Below are positions 1-10,334 of a stretch of 64,000 bases of DNA, in pieces (positions within the stretch are counted from its first letter, which is position 1; every line of letters begins with the position of its first letter). The stretch comes from an uncultured Bacteroidota bacterium. GTDB lineage: Bacteria; Bacteroidota; Bacteroidia; Chitinophagales; Saprospiraceae. A model generated the notes under the pieces. That model saw nothing but the letters and a program-made list of their open reading frames with translations. It was not told the origin of the DNA and searched no databases. The stretch spans positions 2,582-66,581 of the forward strand of contig CACLQQ010000003.1 of assembly GCA_902609095.1 (NCBI GenBank), read 5' to 3'. The position numbers and the translations under genes are program-made.

Positions 1-1
1 C

Positions 2-988
2 AAAAACTGGATCTACAATTGTTTTGCTCTCAGACTCATCATATCGTGATTCAAAATTGTAATAGGCTATTTTCTTTCCTTTGAGTCCACTCTTATCGAG
101 GTATGGTGTATAGTCATGGATGATTTCTGGTATCAGAGCTGTAGCTGGATCAGCAGTGTCTCTGCCTACCAGGGCTCCCAGACATATAGTTGCCTCACTA
201 ACAGTTCTCGCCATTGGCCCTGCCGTATCTTGGGTTGAAGAGATTGGGATTATACCTGTTCTGCTTACTAAACCCACGGTAGGCTTGATACCAACAACTC
301 CATTAGTCGATGATGGACATACGATACTACCATTAGTCTCTGTACCAATAGCAACGGCGCAAAGGCTTGCCGCTACGGCGGCTCCTGATCCTGCACTCGA
401 CCCACAGGTATTGCGATCTAGTTTATAGGGATTTTTGGTTAGGCCACCCAAGCCGCTCCATCCACTTGTGCTATCCTCTCCTCTGAAGTTAGCCCATTCT
501 GACAGGTTAGCTTTACCCAAAATGATTGCTCCGGCTTGGCGTAGTAGCTTTGTAATATGAGCATCATCAGGAGGGTAGGAGTTATCTAAGACTCGAGAGC
601 CTGCAGTGGTAGGCATGTCAGACGTATCAATATTATCCTTAAGTATGATGGGTATACCAAAAAGAGGCCCTTTGAGTTTCTTATTATTCAGTTGACGATC
701 TAAAGACTCCGCTCGTTTTATTGAATTAGCATTGATATAGATTATAGAATTGAGCTTTGGCCCATTCTGATCTATTTCTTTGATGCGCTTGAGGTAAAGC
801 TGTGTTAGCTGGGTAATACTAATTTGCCTTTGGTCGATCATAGCTCGTAAGGTCTCGACACCTACTTCGCTGATGTCGAATGTACGCGGATCTATACCTT
901 CAGGTGTACCCTTACAAGAGTAGAATGGTAATACCAGACATTCTCCGGTTATGGCGGCTACAAGGCGATTGAAATTCCTTCGATTCAT
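2..988 (-). CDS. Amidase-signature family amidase (runs off the left edge), with twin-arginine-like N-terminus; not in the ORF track
   Basis: Manual translation from ATG 988: MNRRNFNRLVAAITGECLVLPFYSCKG...GPLFGIPIILKDNIDT...GKANLSEWANFR...GSSAGSGAAVAA...GTETNGSIVCPSS. Lys, cis-Ser and Ser triad motifs are all present. Confidence 0.93.
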   Translation of the reverse strand, partial: MNRRNFNRLVAAITGECLVLPFYSCKGTPEGIDPRTFDISEVGVETLRAMIDQRQISITQLTQLYLKRIKEIDQNGPKLNSIIYINANSIKRAESLDRQLNNKKLKGPLFGIPIILKDNIDTSDMPTTAGSRVLDNSYPPDDAHITKLLRQAGAIILGKANLSEWANFRGEDSTSGWSGLGGLTKNPYKLDRNTCGSSAGSGAAVAASLCAVAIGTETNGSIVCPSSTNGVVGIKPTVGLVSRTGIIPISSTQDTAGPMARTVSEATICLGALVGRDTADPATALIPEIIHDYTPYLDKSGLKGKKIAYYNFESRYDESESKTIVDPVF

Positions 989-993
989 AGAGA

Positions 994-2508
994 TTACTTT
1001 ATTGAGTTATAAGCTATTTTATGATGCCCTTTATCGGATTTGGCCTTTAAGAGCCATAGCCCAATGAATGTAAGCGCTCCATTTAAAGATATTAACATTG
1101 AGCCAAATTTGAATCCGCCTAACAATGATTCAGAATTCAGATCAATAAATACGGTTAATAGGGGAGCTATTACACAGACCAAACATACCCACTTATCTCG
1201 GATATTAATCTGAGTGAACATACCAAATGTAAATAAGCCCAATAGTGGGCCATAGGTATATCCAGCAGCCCTAAACAGTTGATTGATAATTGCTTCATTA
1301 TTTAGGAGTTTGAAAAGCACTATTACAAAGAAAAGGATCAACGAGAAAGCGATATGGACTTTTAGCCTTGTGTACTTTTTCTGTTCTTCAGACCGTTCCG
1401 TTCGTTCAAAATCTAAAAAGTCTATACAAAACGATGTAGTTAATGCGGTTAAAGCAGAGTCAGCACTACTATACGCTGCGGCAATCAGGCCTAAAACAAA
1501 TATGATCCCAATAGATGGCCCTAAGTGATTGATAGCTATCTCAGGGAATAGTAGATCAGATCTTTCAGGTAGAGCTATTCCTGACTTCATACTGTAAATA
1601 TATAGTAGACCACCAAGTCCTAAAAAGAGAATATTAGCAAATATGAGCGTGAAACTAAAGGCAAAGACATTTTTTTGAGCATCACCCAAGGACTTGCAGG
1701 TAAGATTTTTTTGCATCATATCCTGATCAAGACCTGTCATGACTATTGCAATTAAAGCCCCACTGATGAATTGCTTAAAGAAATTGTTGGGGTCAGACCA
1801 TCCCCCTTCGAAATAGAACATCTCGGTGTATCCCGCTTGTGAGATTTCATTCCACATTGCTCTCACGCTCAGATCAAGATTTGATCCAATGGCAAATATG
1901 GTGAGTATCACGGCTCCTAACATACAGGTGGTCTGTATGGTATCGGTCCAAACTATAGTTTTGATTCCTCCTCTAAATGTATATAACCAAATGAGAATAA
2001 TAGTAATCGCTACCGTTGTGTAAAACGAAACACCCAAGTCATTCATTACGAAATTCTGTAGGACAATTGCCACTAAAAACAATCTAAAAGAAGCTCCAAT
2101 GATCCGAGAAAGTAGGAAATAGAAGGCGCCCGTTTTATAAGATATAACTCCAAATCGTTCTCTTAAATAACCATATATGGTTGTCAGATTATTCTTATAG
2201 TAAAGTGGCATAAGGATAGCTGCAATTACATAATATCCTAGCATGTAGCCCATCACCATCTGCATATAGGAGAAATTTATATTGTATCCTCCAGCCCCAA
2301 CTACTCCGGGTATAGATATGAATGTAACGCCAGATAGGGTAGCGCCAATCATCCCAAATGCAACTAAATACCAGGGAGACTTTTTGTTAGCCGTAAAGAA
2401 AGTTTGATTGTTCGCTCCTCGGGAAGTTATCAGAGATATAATTATGAGAAATAAGAAGTAACCTATGATTACAGTAAGTACGATTCCTGGAGTCAAAGAA
2501 TTAGTCAT
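994..2508 (-). CDS. Sodium:solute symporter (SSS family)
   Basis: About 13 hydrophobic segments; FFTANKKSPW, GATLSGVTFISIPG, GGIKTIVWTDTIQ, GLDQDMMQKNL, AAAYSSADSAL. Confidence 0.92.
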   Translation of the reverse strand: MTNSLTPGIVLTVIIGYFLFLIIISLITSRGANNQTFFTANKKSPWYLVAFGMIGATLSGVTFISIPGVVGAGGYNINFSYMQMVMGYMLGYYVIAAILMPLYYKNNLTTIYGYLRERFGVISYKTGAFYFLLSRIIGASFRLFLVAIVLQNFVMNDLGVSFYTTVAITIILIWLYTFRGGIKTIVWTDTIQTTCMLGAVILTIFAIGSNLDLSVRAMWNEISQAGYTEMFYFEGGWSDPNNFFKQFISGALIAIVMTGLDQDMMQKNLTCKSLGDAQKNVFAFSFTLIFANILFLGLGGLLYIYSMKSGIALPERSDLLFPEIAINHLGPSIGIIFVLGLIAAAYSSADSALTALTTSFCIDFLDFERTERSEEQKKYTRLKVHIAFSLILFFVIVLFKLLNNEAIINQLFRAAGYTYGPLLGLFTFGMFTQINIRDKWVCLVCVIAPLLTVFIDLNSESLLGGFKFGSMLISLNGALTFIGLWLLKAKSDKGHHKIAYNSIK

Positions 2509-2539
2509 AGTTATTTGTGGTTAGCATTACTACTCAAAT

Positions 2540-3820
2540 CTAATCACTTAACAGGTATTCGAACACTTTTTGCCAACCTGTCCATCCATGTATATCGGAG
2601 AAAGAACTGTTGTGCCAGATAAATTCAAATCGGCCATGCACTTGCAATATGGCTGATCTTAGCTTATCAATCTCAATTATGGCCTCTTCAGGAGAAAGTT
2701 TGTAGTAATCCTTGAGGGTCACATCCATGATGCAGGGGCTGTGAATCAGAAGGTTTGTAGTAGTCTCATTTTGTAGATCGTACCAGTAGAATGGATGGCA
2801 TGTTGATGCCCTAAATCCCAACTGGTCAGGATACATCATGCTATGATCTTCTTTAATTCCTGAGGCTATTAAGTTACTATAAGTATCTGGTAGACTAAGT
2901 CTCAAAAAGTGTTGACGACTAAGTTCAATTTTTTGATTCGAGTAATTTGTTAGGCTATTAACTTCTTCGGAAATAAGTTCAGGATGTTCACCACTGCTAT
3001 AAGACGGATGGATACCTATTTTATTTTTAGCAACTATCCTCTCTACTAAATCACTAAAAAGTGATTTGCCGACAAGGTGATTTTCATCATAGGGTTTTTG
3101 GTAACGACATAAGAAAAAGAATATCACATTTTTGTTCTGAGAAAGATTTTCTATTAGGTAGTCATATCGATCAAATGGGTCGATCCCTTTACTCAAATAG
3201 TTCAATCGTCCCTTTATCTTAACCCAATTCATGTTCAACAAATCACGAAGTAAAGCTGCAAAGTTTTTCCATTGCCTATATCGATAAGCATAAGGTAAAT
3301 CAATGTCTATAGTTGGAATTACAGCGAAGTTTGAGTTCGAATGAAATCGAACTCCAAAACGGGATTCTATAAAAGCTTCAATTTTATTGAGCCAAAGATC
3401 TATAAGCGGCAGCTCAATGAACTTGTATTTTACCGCAATGGATTGATCACTTTTCCAGCGATAGTGTTCATCTCTGGAGTTACAAGTATATTCCTCATAT
3501 CTGGTAAGCAGGTAAAATGCCATGGAGAAGAAATCAAAAATCAGATCATACCCACTTTTATCTACTGCGAATAAAACATTTAATCCTTCACGTTCAATAG
3601 ACTTATGGCTTTGTCTGACAATATTACCGTGCTCTAATAATCCTGCGGAAGGAATTGATAGAGAATTATTGCTGCTATCCTGTGATCCATAAGATATGAC
3701 GACATCACCCTTTTCATATTTAGTATTAATCTCGACAAGAACTGTCCACCTATATTCAAGCCACTGAGTTAGATAACTCAGCCTGGGTGAATGAAAAAGG
3801 CTATTGATGACAACTTTCAC
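2540..3820 (-). CDS. Polysaccharide deacetylase-like protein (DUF7033-type N-terminus, NodB-like C-terminus)
   Basis: FDFFSMAFYLLTRYEEY, PTIDID, IGIHPSY, SRQHFLRL, GFRASTCHPF and FIWHN are typical of this Bacteroidota family. Confidence 0.8.
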   Translation of the reverse strand: MKVVINSLFHSPRLSYLTQWLEYRWTVLVEINTKYEKGDVVISYGSQDSSNNSLSIPSAGLLEHGNIVRQSHKSIEREGLNVLFAVDKSGYDLIFDFFSMAFYLLTRYEEYTCNSRDEHYRWKSDQSIAVKYKFIELPLIDLWLNKIEAFIESRFGVRFHSNSNFAVIPTIDIDLPYAYRYRQWKNFAALLRDLLNMNWVKIKGRLNYLSKGIDPFDRYDYLIENLSQNKNVIFFFLCRYQKPYDENHLVGKSLFSDLVERIVAKNKIGIHPSYSSGEHPELISEEVNSLTNYSNQKIELSRQHFLRLSLPDTYSNLIASGIKEDHSMMYPDQLGFRASTCHPFYWYDLQNETTTNLLIHSPCIMDVTLKDYYKLSPEEAIIEIDKLRSAILQVHGRFEFIWHNSSFSDIHGWTGWQKVFEYLLSD

Positions 3821-3889
3821 AGTAGACTATTTGTAAGATATATGGAAGCTTTAGCAAGGTTACTATTATTATTCTATTTTAGGTAAGTC

Positions 3890-4687
3890 ATGTTGAGATT
3901 TGCAATAAGTCTGGTGTTTTATACGTGCCACATTTCTGTTGTAATAGGGCAGACTACATTTCAACCTAAGCGTATAGAGTATAATCTAAAAGGACTTGTA
4001 TACAGTACTGAACGGTTGTTCGAAGTTAGGCCACATCTTCAAGGATTTAGTGTTGCTATTAAGAAAGGAAAGCTTCAGAGTTACTATCATACAACTTATC
4101 AGTCCTATGAGTTTGGCTTTTATAAAGATTCACGTGAGCGTAGGCAAGAGATCTTCGGTGAGCGCATCGGGACTACCACCAGAGATCCATTTATATATGG
4201 TAAGCGTAGCCAGTTTTTAACATTCAGATTGACTTATGGACAAAAGCGATACCTCTCTGAAAAAACAAGACGTAAGGGTGTGGCTATGGGCTTTATTTAT
4301 GAGGGTGGTGCGAGCTTAGGACTTATTAAACCTTATTTCTTAAGAGTTATCCGTCGTGATCCTAATTTGTTGGACCCTACCGTAGAAACTTTGACTTACT
4401 CAGAGGATACGCATGATGATTTCTTGAATTTTGATGATATCTATGGAGGAACGAGTTTCTGGAGGGGATTTGCGGACATTACACCAACTTTGGGACTACA
4501 TGGTAAAGTAGGGCTTCACTGGGCCATAGGTGCATTTGAAGAAAAAGTAAAGGCTGTTGAGGTTGGGCTGATGGTAGATGTCTTTCCTCGAGAGGTACCT
4601 CTGATGGTCGAGCGAGAAGATGTTAAGAACTCATTCTTATTAGCCAAGTTATACGCTTCATATCAGTTTGGGCACCGCAAGTTGTAA
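3890..4687 (+). CDS. Conserved exported hypothetical protein, probably outer-membrane beta-rich
   Basis: 265-aa ORF with a signal peptide, alternating beta-strand patterns and C-terminal YASYQFG. Confidence 0.6.
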   Translation: MLRFAISLVFYTCHISVVIGQTTFQPKRIEYNLKGLVYSTERLFEVRPHLQGFSVAIKKGKLQSYYHTTYQSYEFGFYKDSRERRQEIFGERIGTTTRDPFIYGKRSQFLTFRLTYGQKRYLSEKTRRKGVAMGFIYEGGASLGLIKPYFLRVIRRDPNLLDPTVETLTYSEDTHDDFLNFDDIYGGTSFWRGFADITPTLGLHGKVGLHWAIGAFEEKVKAVEVGLMVDVFPREVPLMVEREDVKNSFLLAKLYASYQFGHRKL

Positions 4688-4705
4688 GTACGAGTGAACT
4701 CTTAA

Positions 4706-4713
4706 TATCTTTG
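4706..4713 (+). promoter_or_regulatory. Bacteroidota sigma-A -7 box (TATCTTTG) upstream of lipA
   Basis: Exact match to TAnnTTTG, 28 nt before the GTG start. Confidence 0.6.
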
Positions 4714-4741
4714 AGGGGTTCATACATAACAATAATTAGAC

Positions 4742-5620
4742 GTGGTAGAACTTCCAGTAATCAGCAAAGAACCTAAAGAGTCACGAATACGCAAGCCGGA
4801 TTGGCTTAGGGTTAAGTTGCCAATAGGTGAAGATTATAAAAGAGTACGCCGGCTTGTTGATGAGTATCAACTGCATACGATATGTCAGAGTGGTAATTGC
4901 CCAAACATGGGTGAGTGCTGGGGTGCAGGTACAGCGACATTTATGATATTGGGTAATGTTTGTACCAGGTCATGCTCGTTTTGTGCGGTTATGACTGGAC
5001 GCCCGCCAGAATATGATGAGGATGAACCAAGGCGAGTAGCAGAGGCTATCATGCTTATGCAGGTGAAGCATGCCGTTATTACTTCTGTTAATCGCGATGA
5101 ATTAAAGGATAGAGGGGCTGAGATTTGGTATCAGACTGTGATTCAAACCAAAGATTTATCACCTACAACTACTATCGAGACCTTAATTCCAGATACTAAG
5201 GCGAATTGGCCAGCATTAGAAAGGATGATCGAAGGTGGGCAAGAAGTAGTCAGCCATAATATGGAAACCGTATCAAGGCTGTATCGCATGGTAAGACCAC
5301 AGGCGAAATATGCCAGATCATTGGAGCAGATAAAGCGAACCAAAGCATACGGCAATCGCACCAAGTCAGGTTTCATGGTAGGCTTAGGAGAAACGAAAGA
5401 TGAGGTCATGCAGATATTAGATGACCTCAGAGAGCATGATTGTGATGTAGTCACTATAGGTCAATATCTCCAACCCACTAAGCGACATTTTGAGGTGGCC
5501 GACTTTATACAACCAGATGTATTCAAACTCTATGAGGAAGAAGGATATAAGCGTGGATTTGACTTTGTAGAAAGTGGACCATTGGTCCGTTCATCATACC
5601 ACGCTGAGCGGCACCTATAG
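4742..5620 (+). CDS. lipA: Lipoyl synthase
   Basis: [31 protein letters not shown] (radical SAM), [11 protein letters not shown]. Confidence 0.98.
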   Translation: MVELPVISKEPKESRIRKPDWLRVKLPIGEDYKRVRRLVDEYQLHTICQSGNCPNMGECWGAGTATFMILGNVCTRSCSFCAVMTGRPPEYDEDEPRRVAEAIMLMQVKHAVITSVNRDELKDRGAEIWYQTVIQTKDLSPTTTIETLIPDTKANWPALERMIEGGQEVVSHNMETVSRLYRMVRPQAKYARSLEQIKRTKAYGNRTKSGFMVGLGETKDEVMQILDDLREHDCDVVTIGQYLQPTKRHFEVADFIQPDVFKLYEEEGYKRGFDFVESGPLVRSSYHAERHL

Positions 5621-5623
5621 CAC

Positions 5624-5654
5624 CAAAGTTTAAAATTTCAAATTTTAAACTTTG
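5624..5654. repeat. Perfect 15-bp inverted repeat just after the lipA stop (hairpin, terminator or operator)
   Basis: CAAAGTTTAAAATTT-C-AAATTTTAAACTTTG. Confidence 0.7.
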
Positions 5655-5820
5655 AAAGAGTGACAAATGGCCAATACATCACCTAAAGCATAATGTCTCT
5701 TATTTCGAGAGTGTTAAAGTGGGGGGTTATATCCATAATGATGGGAGACAGGTTTTTTATGTTATGATATTTTTTAATACTTAATAAGCTGGCTTATCTT
5801 GTATTGACGAATTCAAAATC

Positions 5821-8310
5821 ATGTCGATAAAAACTCTATTTAATTTTGTTTGGCCCATTATAACCTTACTTATTCTTTCGTGCCTATTATTCTTGCCTGA
5901 GTTTCAAGGTAAGACATTGGAGAGAGGAGATGATATTCAGGCAAATGCTAAGGTTCAGGGAATGCGTCATTACCAAAATAATGGAACTCCATCTTATATA
6001 TGGAATCCTGGTCAATTCTCTGGTATGCCGATGCTGTATGGTGCGCCAAGTCGTAAGAACCTTTTATTCTATGTAGATAAAGTAATTCGGTTTGGTACGG
6101 AGCGTCCAGTGTCCATATTTTTCCTTGGATTTTTATTTAGTTTTCTTTTGGGCAGGTACGCTTTTAGATTTGATAATCTTACTTCTCTGCTCCTATCGAT
6201 ATTGACCATCTTGCCCTTAACAAATTTTATCTTATGGAAAGCAGGGCATACGAGTAAAATTGATGTTCTTGTCTATACACCCTTGATAATAATGGGGGTG
6301 GTTTTCTTATTTGAACTAAAGAAATATCTATTAGGGTCTCTGATATTTACCTATGGTATGAGTATGTCCCTATTCTTGAGACATCCTCAGATGACATACT
6401 ATATATTTTTAGTTTTCTTAATATATGGGCTTATTCTAATCGTCAGGTTCATTAGAGATCAATCGTTGTTGAGACATTTTTTGATTTGTGCGGGCTTACT
6501 TGTTATTGGTTCTATTCTGAGTATAGGAATAAGTTCAACAAAAATATGGAGTATGAAGACACACTCAGAGCAATCTATGCGTGGAGCTCCAATATTATCA
6601 GATGTGGACCTGGGTGGGGCTAACTCATCAAGTAAAACAGAGGGACTTAATTGGGAGTATGCTATGGCTTGGTCCAATGATTGGACTGATGTAGTAGCTA
6701 CAGTTATTCCAGGGTTCAATGGCGGAGGTTCAGGGGAATCGGTTTCAATTAAATCTGAAACCTATAAAACCTATCGCTTAGAACGTGCTCCATTGTATTG
6801 GGGGGGATTACCATTCACTGAGGCGCCTATGTATTTAGGTATAGTAACATTTTTCTTATTCTTATTTAGTGCAGGATATGTTAAAGGTCATTTTAAGTGG
6901 TGGTTGGTTGCTGGAGTAGTCTTTACATACATGTTGTCATTAGGGGCTAATTTATCTTGGTTCAATAGATTTATTTTTGACTATTTCCCCTATTTCAATA
7001 AATTCAGAACACCTAATTCGGTACTCTCTACAACGCCCTATTTCATGAGTGCTTTAGCGGTTATGGGGGTTCATAAACTCGTCCACGAAGGGGTCACTGA
7101 TCAATTTAAAAGAAGCCTATTTGTTGCTGCTGGAGTATTGGGAGGACTCTGTTTACTCAGTATTATGGCCTTCCCAAGTATGCTCAGTTTTGAGTCTCAG
7201 ACTGATCAACGATATGTTCAGCAAGGTGTTGATATCTCCGTTTTTATATCAGACCGTATGTCTCTTATGAGAGCTGACGGATGGAGAAGTTTGATTTTAG
7301 TTGTATTAGCAGCTGCCTGTTTGTATATTTTTAGTAATAAAAAATTGAATGCTACAGTTATGGTAGCGGGGTTTTTGATATTAGGGTTAGTTGATTTTAT
7401 AGGGGTAAATAATAGATATCTGAGCTTTGATGATTATGTGGCTGAGCGTGTTATACAATCTAATTATGAACCACGAACAGTTGATCAACAGATTCTTAAT
7501 AACGAGCCTAATAGACATACCTATAGAGTCCATGATTTGAGTATCAATACATTCAACTCTGCCTCTACATCATATTTCCATAATACAATAGGTGGATATG
7601 ATCCAGTGAAATTACAGCGATATCAGGATGTCATTGACGGATATATCAGTAAAAATCACATGCCTGTGCTGAATATGCTTAATGCGAAATATTTCATTGT
7701 TCCCCAGGGTGACCAAGGTCCAACAGTACAATTTAATTCAGGAGCCTTGGGAAATGCATGGTTTGTTGATAATCTAAAAGGTGTAAGCACTCCTGATGAA
7801 GAATTTACATCTTTAGAAACCTTTGATCCTAAAAGTACTGCTGTTGTATCAGTTAATGATTACCCTGAGCTTATCGATAGAGTGGGGCAGACTTTTTCAT
7901 CTGCCGGTCAAATCGAAATAACTGATTACAGCCCCGATCACATAACCTATCAATCTAATAATAGTCAAAATGGCTTTGCAGTATTCTCTGAGATTTGGTT
8001 TAATGGTAAAAGTTGGGAGGTGACCATAGATGGTGCCGTAGCTCCGATATATAGAGTGAATTACCTCCTTCGTGGATTAGAGCTTCCTGCAGGACAGCAT
8101 ACGATAGAGTTCAAGTTTAGACCTCCATCATTTTATACGGGTGAAAAAATCACCTTAGCATCGTCAGCTCTATTTCTATTATTGATGATAGGTATGATGG
8201 TTTATCAGTTTAGGAAGAATCCTATTCAGTGGCAAGCATCAGAGGCTCCAGTGTCCGCCAAAAAGGATCTAAATAAGAAAGTAAAGACTAAGAAGAAGAG
8301 AAAAAAATAG
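5821..8310 (+). CDS. YfhO-family polytopic membrane protein (GT-C fold glycosyltransferase-like)
   Basis: WNPGQFSGMP, AGHTSK, HPQMTYY, LYWGGLPFTEAPMYLG, FNKFRTP, IGGYDPVKLQRYQD, VLNMLNAKY, RVNYLLRGLELPAGQHTIEFKFRP. Confidence 0.9.
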   Translation: MSIKTLFNFVWPIITLLILSCLLFLPEFQGKTLERGDDIQANAKVQGMRHYQNNGTPSYIWNPGQFSGMPMLYGAPSRKNLLFYVDKVIRFGTERPVSIFFLGFLFSFLLGRYAFRFDNLTSLLLSILTILPLTNFILWKAGHTSKIDVLVYTPLIIMGVVFLFELKKYLLGSLIFTYGMSMSLFLRHPQMTYYIFLVFLIYGLILIVRFIRDQSLLRHFLICAGLLVIGSILSIGISSTKIWSMKTHSEQSMRGAPILSDVDLGGANSSSKTEGLNWEYAMAWSNDWTDVVATVIPGFNGGGSGESVSIKSETYKTYRLERAPLYWGGLPFTEAPMYLGIVTFFLFLFSAGYVKGHFKWWLVAGVVFTYMLSLGANLSWFNRFIFDYFPYFNKFRTPNSVLSTTPYFMSALAVMGVHKLVHEGVTDQFKRSLFVAAGVLGGLCLLSIMAFPSMLSFESQTDQRYVQQGVDISVFISDRMSLMRADGWRSLILVVLAAACLYIFSNKKLNATVMVAGFLILGLVDFIGVNNRYLSFDDYVAERVIQSNYEPRTVDQQILNNEPNRHTYRVHDLSINTFNSASTSYFHNTIGGYDPVKLQRYQDVIDGYISKNHMPVLNMLNAKYFIVPQGDQGPTVQFNSGALGNAWFVDNLKGVSTPDEEFTSLETFDPKSTAVVSVNDYPELIDRVGQTFSSAGQIEITDYSPDHITYQSNNSQNGFAVFSEIWFNGKSWEVTIDGAVAPIYRVNYLLRGLELPAGQHTIEFKFRPPSFYTGEKITLASSALFLLLMIGMMVYQFRKNPIQWQASEAPVSAKKDLNKKVKTKKKRKK

Positions 8311-8316
8311 TCGTCT

Positions 8317-9333
8317 CTATTCATAGTAGTTTTTGGTAATTCCCACTGCTATAGACTTTCTGAGAATCCATTTTTGCCAGATTCCATTCAGAGTGCCAAT
8401 GGCGTAGGCTATAATCTGTGTAGTGAGTGTAACTATAGATAAAAGCGCTACATGAAACGACTTATACTCAAGATAAGATTGGACGAGGATGAAAATATAG
8501 ATGAGGCACAGTACGATAGCTTCTACAATGAGTATCGAGTATGACGGGTAGATAAATAGGCTAAATAATGTCACTAGCAATGCAGAGAGAACCAGAAAAG
8601 CTGGAGCCAGATGTATAGGTTTAAGCATCTGTGGGTGTAAGTTGGCAAGATTGATTCTAGTTACGCCCCAGTTATGGATCTGTTTAAAAAATCTCCAAAG
8701 GCTTGTGCGGCGTTTGTGATAGACATAAGCCGAGGGGATGAGGCCTACTTTGAAGCCTGCTTCATAGATGCGTGCTGAGTAGTCCATGTCCTGTCCATGT
8801 CTCAGACCATTAAAGCCTCCTATGCGCTCGAATACCGATCTCTTCATTCCCATGTTAAAGCTGCGAGGATAATATTTAGCAATTGATTTAGTAGTACCTC
8901 GTGTACCTCCTGTCCCTATGAAGGATGTCATAGAATAATTAATCGCTTTTAAGAGTGGTGAGAAAGAAGGATGATAAGTATCTGGTCCTCCAAAAGCATC
9001 GTAATCGTGCGTTTCTTGAGATTGTACTATTTGACGTAGATATTGTGAGGGTAGCATGCAGTCAGAGTCAACAAAGAGAAATATATCCCCAGTTGCCATA
9101 GCCATCCCTTTATTTCTTGCAGGTCCTGGCCCTTGATTTTCTTGAAGGTAGTAAATGATATGTACAGGACTCTCCAGTGCGTTGATATACTTTCGAGTAC
9201 CGTCAGTAGATCCATCATCTATGATTACGAGTTCTATGTTGTCTTTGATGAACCCTTGCGCCTCTATGCTTGGGATCAACTCTTTTAGTTCATCAAGGCG
9301 ATTATATGTGGGAATAATAATGCTGAATGTCAT
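8317..9333 (-). CDS. Glycosyltransferase family 2 with C-terminal membrane helices
   Basis: FSIIIPTYNR, IDDGSTD, NQGPGPARNKG, FVDSD, PRSFNMG, GQDMD. Confidence 0.93.
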   Translation of the reverse strand: MTFSIIIPTYNRLDELKELIPSIEAQGFIKDNIELVIIDDGSTDGTRKYINALESPVHIIYYLQENQGPGPARNKGMAMATGDIFLFVDSDCMLPSQYLRQIVQSQETHDYDAFGGPDTYHPSFSPLLKAINYSMTSFIGTGGTRGTTKSIAKYYPRSFNMGMKRSVFERIGGFNGLRHGQDMDYSARIYEAGFKVGLIPSAYVYHKRRTSLWRFFKQIHNWGVTRINLANLHPQMLKPIHLAPAFLVLSALLVTLFSLFIYPSYSILIVEAIVLCLIYIFILVQSYLEYKSFHVALLSIVTLTTQIIAYAIGTLNGIWQKWILRKSIAVGITKNYYE

Positions 9334-9570
9334 AAATCAAACAGAAATTATTATGTTGTGATACATATTACAAATAATCATTATGCAAAGTAGGTATCAT
9401 CATCATCAATATTATAAGGAGTAATCGGTATCTCATAACGAGCAAAATTTCTTCTTGACGAGTTTAGTATTCTGACAATTTCGTAAAAGATTGGATTGGG
9501 GAGTGGATGTATTAAACATCTTATTACCTATATGAGGTGGGAATATCGAAAATTTATTTTTTAGAGACAA

Positions 9571-10326
9571 CTATTTTATGAAAGGTTTCATGGAAAAATA
9601 TCGAATGAAAAAGTATATATGTTGAGTCAAAGTCTTCCCTAATCCGAAATGAGAAACCATTATTTTAAATCTATCTTTCAGTGAGGTAAGTTTCTTTTGA
9701 TCTGAGATCCCGCCTACTAAGAAGCAACTGATTGGATCTTTTAGAAATGTTATAGTCATTGCCGCATCCACACATTTAATGACCCAATCAATATCGGCGC
9801 TCAGATTATTCATGATATATGTAGGAGCAATTTCTTTTTTGACTACTATGGATTGATGAGAGACGACCAATCCCTGTAAAAAGCTATCCTTGGAAAGGCC
9901 ATCCAATGGTAAGTGCCGAGTCGTAAGTTCACTCCTGAGTCCTAATGGCGTATCCTGATCATTAACCAGTATCGTGTCACTATAATAAATATCCGCAGAG
10001 GTATCAAGACTACTGATAATGTCGTCATGTGCTAAATAATCACCAGCGTTTAAGAAGAGCGCATACTTACCAGTTGCCATTCTCAAGCCTTTGTTCATCG
10101 CATCATAGATACCATTGTCTTCTTCGATAATGAGTAGATCAACATCTTCATATCTATTTTTTAGATTTACGCCAGTACCATCTGATGATTTACCATCCAC
10201 AATTATGTACTCGATTTTGCCTCTTTTATGTTGTCGCTTGATACTCTCTAAAGTTTTGTCTATAAGTCGGCCTGGATTAAAGCATACTGTTATTACAGAG
10301 AGTAGAGGTTCTTTGTCGTTTGACAT
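9571..10326 (-). CDS. Glycosyltransferase family 2 (WcaE/PGL-like)
   Basis: LSVITVCFN, IVDGKSSDGT, DNGIYDAMNKG, FLNAGD, SHQS. Start taken at MSNDKEP; the track starts at 10359. Confidence 0.9.
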   Translation of the reverse strand: MSNDKEPLLSVITVCFNPGRLIDKTLESIKRQHKRGKIEYIIVDGKSSDGTGVNLKNRYEDVDLLIIEEDNGIYDAMNKGLRMATGKYALFLNAGDYLAHDDIISSLDTSADIYYSDTILVNDQDTPLGLRSELTTRHLPLDGLSKDSFLQGLVVSHQSIVVKKEIAPTYIMNNLSADIDWVIKCVDAAMTITFLKDPISCFLVGGISDQKKLTSLKDRFKIMVSHFGLGKTLTQHIYFFIRYFSMKPFIK

Positions 10327-10334
10327 ATTTATTG

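Noticed and set aside
120-428. 102-aa plus-strand ORF
   Set aside because: It is the antisense shadow of the minus-strand amidase, which has all family motifs.
5694-5750. SAM-I riboswitch-like ends (CTCTTAT…GAGAG…GATGGGAG)
   Set aside because: Only about 37 nt lie between the P1-like strands, the P2 kink-turn and P3 GCAAC core are missing, and the downstream gene is unrelated to sulfur metabolism.
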